A DNA stretch of 27,000 bases, taken from positions 1-27,000 of the IMG/VR virus record IMGVR_UViG_3300025723_000142. One strand, given 5' to 3'. The stretch is from a virus (taxonomy: Duplodnaviria; Caudoviricetes). This document shows positions 23,632-27,000 of this stretch, one piece after another (position 1 is the first letter of the stretch; each line of letters starts with the position of its first letter). A program made the translations under genes and the position numbers. Under the pieces are notes generated by a model, which saw only the letters and a list, made by a program, of their open reading frames with translations, searched no databases and was not told the origin of the DNA.

Positions 23632-23976
23632 CTACCAATCGGCTTCGGGCGTATTGGGCTTGGCATCCTTGGCGGCGAAACGAAGTTCCTTGCCGACGCC
23701 ATCGGCCACAATGACGGTCTTAGAGACGGTCTTACCCTCTTTGTTTTCGTAGCGGTCTTGGTTCAAGTAGCCGTGGACAATGACGCGATCGCCCTTCTTC
23801 AGCTCTTGGACACCTTGCGCCAGGTCGCCCCAGACAGTGACGTCGAAGAATGAGGTGTAGTCTTCATCGCCCTTCTTACGGTTCACGGCCACGCTAAAGT
23901 TGGCCACGGCAGTTCCCTTGTTGGTGAACTTGATTTCGGGGTCAGCGGTCAAACGACCAATCACGGTAGTAGACAT
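23632..23976 (-). CDS. ssb: Single-stranded DNA-binding protein
   Basis: GRLTADPEIKFT, VANFSVAVN, FFDVTVWG and LKKGDRVIVHG OB-fold motifs. Confidence 0.95.
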   Translation of the reverse strand: MSTTVIGRLTADPEIKFTNKGTAVANFSVAVNRKKGDEDYTSFFDVTVWGDLAQGVQELKKGDRVIVHGYLNQDRYENKEGKTVSKTVIVADGVGKELRFAAKDAKPNTPEADW

Positions 23977-23980
23977 CTTT

Positions 23981-24301
23981 CTAATTACCTTTCGGCTTTC
24001 TATTGTTTTTATTTACTTCCCCACGCAAGACGTTCTCACGTTGGGTAACTGGTTGTAGGTGTTCGGGATTGACGCAAATTTTTACGCGACAAAGGTGATC
24101 CAACACTAAACCCTTTGGTATTGGTCCAACAAGAAATTCGTAGGCGTACCTATGCGCCCTTGCTTTCTTTGTTCCTCTACCTCCTGTTTGAAAGTAGCCG
24201 TAGCCAGTAGAGTTGACGGTGCCTATCCACAGCCAGCAAAAATCGGTCTTTATAATGCTTGACCAAAACCTGCTTTCTGGTGGAGCGGCTTTTTTCACCA
24301 T
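23981..24301 (-). CDS. HNH endonuclease
   Basis: CWLWIG...GYG...AHRYAY...LDHLCRVKICVNPEHL...EN. AT-richer than its neighbours. Confidence 0.92.
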   Translation of the reverse strand: MVKKAAPPESRFWSSIIKTDFCWLWIGTVNSTGYGYFQTGGRGTKKARAHRYAYEFLVGPIPKGLVLDHLCRVKICVNPEHLQPVTQRENVLRGEVNKNNRKPKGN

Positions 24302-24347
24302 CTCTAATACCTATGCTTTCTATTCATTGTGCGGATGCACGAGCATA

Positions 24348-24356
24348 ATTGTATCA
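24348..24356 (-). promoter_or_regulatory. Extended -10 promoter candidate TGaTACAAT upstream of HNH-ssb-whiB
   Basis: Lies in the 58-bp gap between the glycosyltransferase and HNH genes. Confidence 0.45.
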
Positions 24357-24359
24357 GAG

Positions 24360-25385
24360 TTAGAGCAAGCTTGCCCACGCTTCTGCCCATTTGTAGGCGT
24401 TCTTCTCATAGGTGTTCTCACGGGCGAACGCTAGTCCTGCCTCTATGAGTTCAGTGTTATCACTCGATAGAACTCGGTTCATCTGCTTCAGCCAGTCATG
24501 CTTCTCCGGCGCAAGCAGTCCGACCCCCTGAGACGCCAGCACTTTGTATTCGTCAGTCGGAGAGGCCACGAACGGGATGCCCAGTGATGCGTACTCCATA
24601 CCCTTTAGGTAGGACTTGCACTGATTGAACCGAGTAATGGCAAGCGGCACAATGCCGACGTCGAACGTCTTTACTGCCATGGGGTAGTCAATGAGATCAA
24701 TCCACGGGGAGTAGATAGCCTCGCCTTCGTCGAACCCAGCAATGTCCCAAGCATCTTCTGAACCAATGACAAAGAACTTGGCGTCATGTTTGCGGATAGC
24801 GTTGCGCAGTGAGTACCCCATGCGCTCCAGGTCGCCAACGTGAGTTTGCGTGGAGCCGGTCCAGCCCACTACAGTCTTGCCCTCAGTCGCTTCCCAGCCT
24901 GTGCCGTGATTAGGTTCAACGTCGAGGTAGTAGGCAGGCACACAGTTGCGTAGGACTACGACGTTTTTGTTAGGCACTAACTTGGCTAGGGCCGGCGTGG
25001 ATACCGTCACCATGTCGGCCATCTCGCAGGATTTCGTAAGGTAATCAACACTGCCGCCTAATGCGCGTGTATTGGTAAAGAACTTACCCTTGACGTCGAC
25101 ACTCCAGAAATCGTCGTCAATCTCGACCACTACTTTCGTGCCGTTGGACTGAATGGCAGGAATGGCATCAACGACGTCGGGCATCATAGGGCGCTGAATG
25201 ACCATAACGTCGTGGCCCGTGTCTTTCACAGACACAATGCGCCCGTCTTTGCGTATCGCCACTTGGTTTTGAGATTGGTAGTCAATTTCAATGTCCAGCC
25301 CTTGCTTCTTCAGCACTGTGGCCGGAGCAATGAGCCTATAGAAACCACATCCACCAACGTCGGCAGGGCAGACTACAACTCTCAA
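24360..25385 (-). CDS. Glycosyltransferase (GT-B fold, GT4-like)
   Basis: GCGFYR, VVEIDDD, VTVSTPAL, VGWTGS, DVGIVPL...FNQCKSYLKGMEYASLGIPFVAS. Confidence 0.9.
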   Translation of the reverse strand: MRVVVCPADVGGCGFYRLIAPATVLKKQGLDIEIDYQSQNQVAIRKDGRIVSVKDTGHDVMVIQRPMMPDVVDAIPAIQSNGTKVVVEIDDDFWSVDVKGKFFTNTRALGGSVDYLTKSCEMADMVTVSTPALAKLVPNKNVVVLRNCVPAYYLDVEPNHGTGWEATEGKTVVGWTGSTQTHVGDLERMGYSLRNAIRKHDAKFFVIGSEDAWDIAGFDEGEAIYSPWIDLIDYPMAVKTFDVGIVPLAITRFNQCKSYLKGMEYASLGIPFVASPTDEYKVLASQGVGLLAPEKHDWLKQMNRVLSSDNTELIEAGLAFARENTYEKNAYKWAEAWASLL

Positions 25386-25723
25386 TAGCCCGCTGCCTTG
25401 AGTAGTAGCACCATCTCTTCGAGAGTGACTACGGCGTAAGCGAGACGTGGTGCCTTGTTGCGTCGCTTGATAACCGCAATGCCTAGGTCAGCTTTAGCGT
25501 TCTTACGCTCTACGGCGGTCTCATCCATGATGCTTGCGAGCGTAATGCTCTTGACGTTCTTGCACTCGATAACGATGGCGTGAGCGAACCCGTTGAGATC
25601 GCCCTTGTCTATCGTGTTACCAGCACCGTAGCGTCGCTCGACCTGGGGGTAGCCCATCTCATTGAACACCTTGGCAACGTCACGCTCCCATTGGGAGCCT
25701 TTAGCCTTCTCAGGCGTTGTCAT
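25382..25723 (-). CDS. Holliday junction resolvase (Hjc-like PD-(D/E)XK nuclease)
   Basis: KAKGSQWERDV...DKGDL...IECKN. Start moved to ATG 25723. Confidence 0.8.
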   Translation of the reverse strand: MTTPEKAKGSQWERDVAKVFNEMGYPQVERRYGAGNTIDKGDLNGFAHAIVIECKNVKSITLASIMDETAVERKNAKADLGIAVIKRRNKAPRLAYAVVTLEEMVLLLKAAGY

Positions 25724-25877
25724 CGGCCCCTCGGACCTCGCGCATGGCGGCAACAATCTGGTCCTTGGTCACACCAACGTTGAGCAACGCTGGAATAAAC
25801 GCGTCTACTAGTGCATCTATGGCGGCGTGGGTGGCCTTCTCGGCTACCTCGGCAGGGATTTCTACGTTTTCTGACAT
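25710..25877 (-). CDS. Hypothetical protein (55 aa)
   Basis: GAAAGGA RBS before ATG 25877. Confidence 0.6.
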   Translation of the reverse strand: MSENVEIPAEVAEKATHAAIDALVDAFIPALLNVGVTKDQIVAAMREVRGADDNA

Positions 25878-25891
25878 TGTTTTCCTTTCGT

Positions 25892-26449
25892 TCACTTCAC
25901 TAAACCTAGCACACGCTTAAAACCGCTAGGCATTGGCACCGATTCCGCTTCACGCTGGCGCTTGCGTGCGTATAATTCCTCGTCAGACACCACTTTCGGC
26001 TGGAATCCTGCGGCAGTTGGGTGCTTCTCTTTTGCGCTGTCACGTTCGCGCTTGTTGCGTTCCTCGACCTTGCGAGCAGACATGGTGGCGTAGTGCTTGC
26101 GAAACTTCACCGGAGAGAGGATAACGCTTGCCCAGAATTCGTGCGCTAGGCACCACTCGATAATGTCGCGAGCTTCTGGTTCGCTTACCTGATCAATGCG
26201 AAGTAGTCGCTCCATGGCGCTGATGTTGGTTACGTTCATCTTGAACGCGCGGTACGAGTTTGCCGTGATGCCGTCGTGAAGTCGCTGGCACAATGCCTCA
26301 GCAGCGGCCCAGGTGGGCGTCTGACGGCTTCTTTCAATGCTGGTGGACTCTAGGTACCCCTTCATGTCCTCGACCTCTTGGAGCGTCAGTTTGCCAGCCT
26401 GAATGAACTGGCACAGCACTTCTTTGTAAATGTCAGTCACGGTAAACAA
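25892..26449 (-). CDS. Putative replication-initiator-related protein
   Basis: RLLRID...IIEWC...FWASVILSPVKFRKHY resembles the C-terminal region of phage replication initiator proteins. The start codon is uncertain. Confidence 0.55.
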   Translation of the reverse strand: MFTVTDIYKEVLCQFIQAGKLTLQEVEDMKGYLESTSIERSRQTPTWAAAEALCQRLHDGITANSYRAFKMNVTNISAMERLLRIDQVSEPEARDIIEWCLAHEFWASVILSPVKFRKHYATMSARKVEERNKRERDSAKEKHPTAAGFQPKVVSDEELYARKRQREAESVPMPSGFKRVLGLVK

Positions 26450-26747
26450 TCCCTCCTAAGGCTTGGAGCAACACTTCATAGGCGTCCAGTATTTTGATAA
26501 CGTCGCAAGGGAATTCGATAATTTCATCACCATGTTCATAGCAATACTCACATTCCCATTTCCACTCGGAAAAATCGTGAGAGCCATCTTCTGAGTATCC
26601 ACAACCGAGTGGTCCTCCGTACAATGTTTTGTCGGTAACGGTTTCTTCGTATTCGGCTTTTGTTAGATCACATCGTCGGCAGGTTGGCTCAAACCCTTCA
26701 CCTTTACAGTGCTTCTCTCGTAGGGCTTTGCGTTCTTCGGGGGTCAT
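26433..26747 (-). CDS. Cys/His-rich hypothetical protein (ALREKH...CxxC...PCDVIK family)
   Basis: 104 aa, paralogous to the adjacent upstream gene. Confidence 0.7.
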   Translation of the reverse strand: MTPEERKALREKHCKGEGFEPTCRRCDLTKAEYEETVTDKTLYGGPLGCGYSEDGSHDFSEWKWECEYCYEHGDEIIEFPCDVIKILDAYEVLLQALGGIVYRD

Positions 26748-27000
26748 AGTTCACCTTTCAAGGTAAATTCGGCGGTCTGTAGCCATTCAAAGTCGTCCTC
26801 GTCCACTCGCATTGTGTTGATGTGGTCGAGAGCGTCAAGGGCTTTCTTGCTATTTGCTTCCCAAGCGTCCAGCACCTTGATTACGTCGCAGGGGTAGGGG
26901 ATGTCCAATCCGTCATCATCTAGGCAAAAAACACAAAAGATTCGGTTCTCTCGAAACCCAAATTTGCCGTGCTTCTCTCGTAGGGCTTTGATTTCGGTGG
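26744..27000 (-). CDS. Paralogous ALREKH...CxxC...PCDVIK protein (5' partial)
   Basis: Manual translation TEIKALREKHGKFGFRENRIFCVFCLDDDGLDIPYPCDVIKVLDAWEAN...KGEL*. ATGA overlap with the next gene. Confidence 0.7.
   Translation of the reverse strand, partial: TEIKALREKHGKFGFRENRIFCVFCLDDDGLDIPYPCDVIKVLDAWEANSKKALDALDHINTMRVDEDDFEWLQTAEFTLKGEL

Noticed and set aside
23981-24301. HNH gene as part of a self-splicing intron
   Set aside because: The flanking ssb and glycosyltransferase genes are intact, so it is a free-standing HNH.

Overview
This 27-kb window is part of a tailed dsDNA phage genome with a probable Actinomycetota host, inferred from WhiB, an actinobacterial-type SSB and TANNNT or leaderless promoters. 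It has four zones. (1) 1-17.7 kb, minus strand: late/structural operon with a membrane protein, terminase large subunit, portal, a 1959-aa virion protein, scaffold, an N4-gp56-type major capsid with a Thr-rich insertion, small genes and a partial tail fibre. (2) 17.7-19.1 kb: a largely non-coding control region with promoters, short repeats, structured-RNA candidates and a Cys-rich 37-aa ORF. (3) 19.1-23.1 kb, plus strand: a compositionally distinct cluster of small, probably early genes, including a two-domain beta-clamp homologue. (4) 23.2-27 kb, minus strand: WhiB, SSB, HNH, glycosyltransferase, Holliday junction resolvase, a replication-initiator-like gene and two paralogous Zn-binding genes. 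The main finding is three 47-48-nt anticodon-less tRNA-like elements (19941, 20619, 21827) punctuating the plus-strand cluster. Each sits 5-7 nt after a stop codon and shares one fold (7-bp acceptor-like stem, 4-bp hairpin with a GG-ending loop, TTCGA T-loop arm) with compensatory base changes. Two are followed directly by a promoter-like sequence inside a hairpin. All RNA folds and motifs were read by eye; no searches were run.
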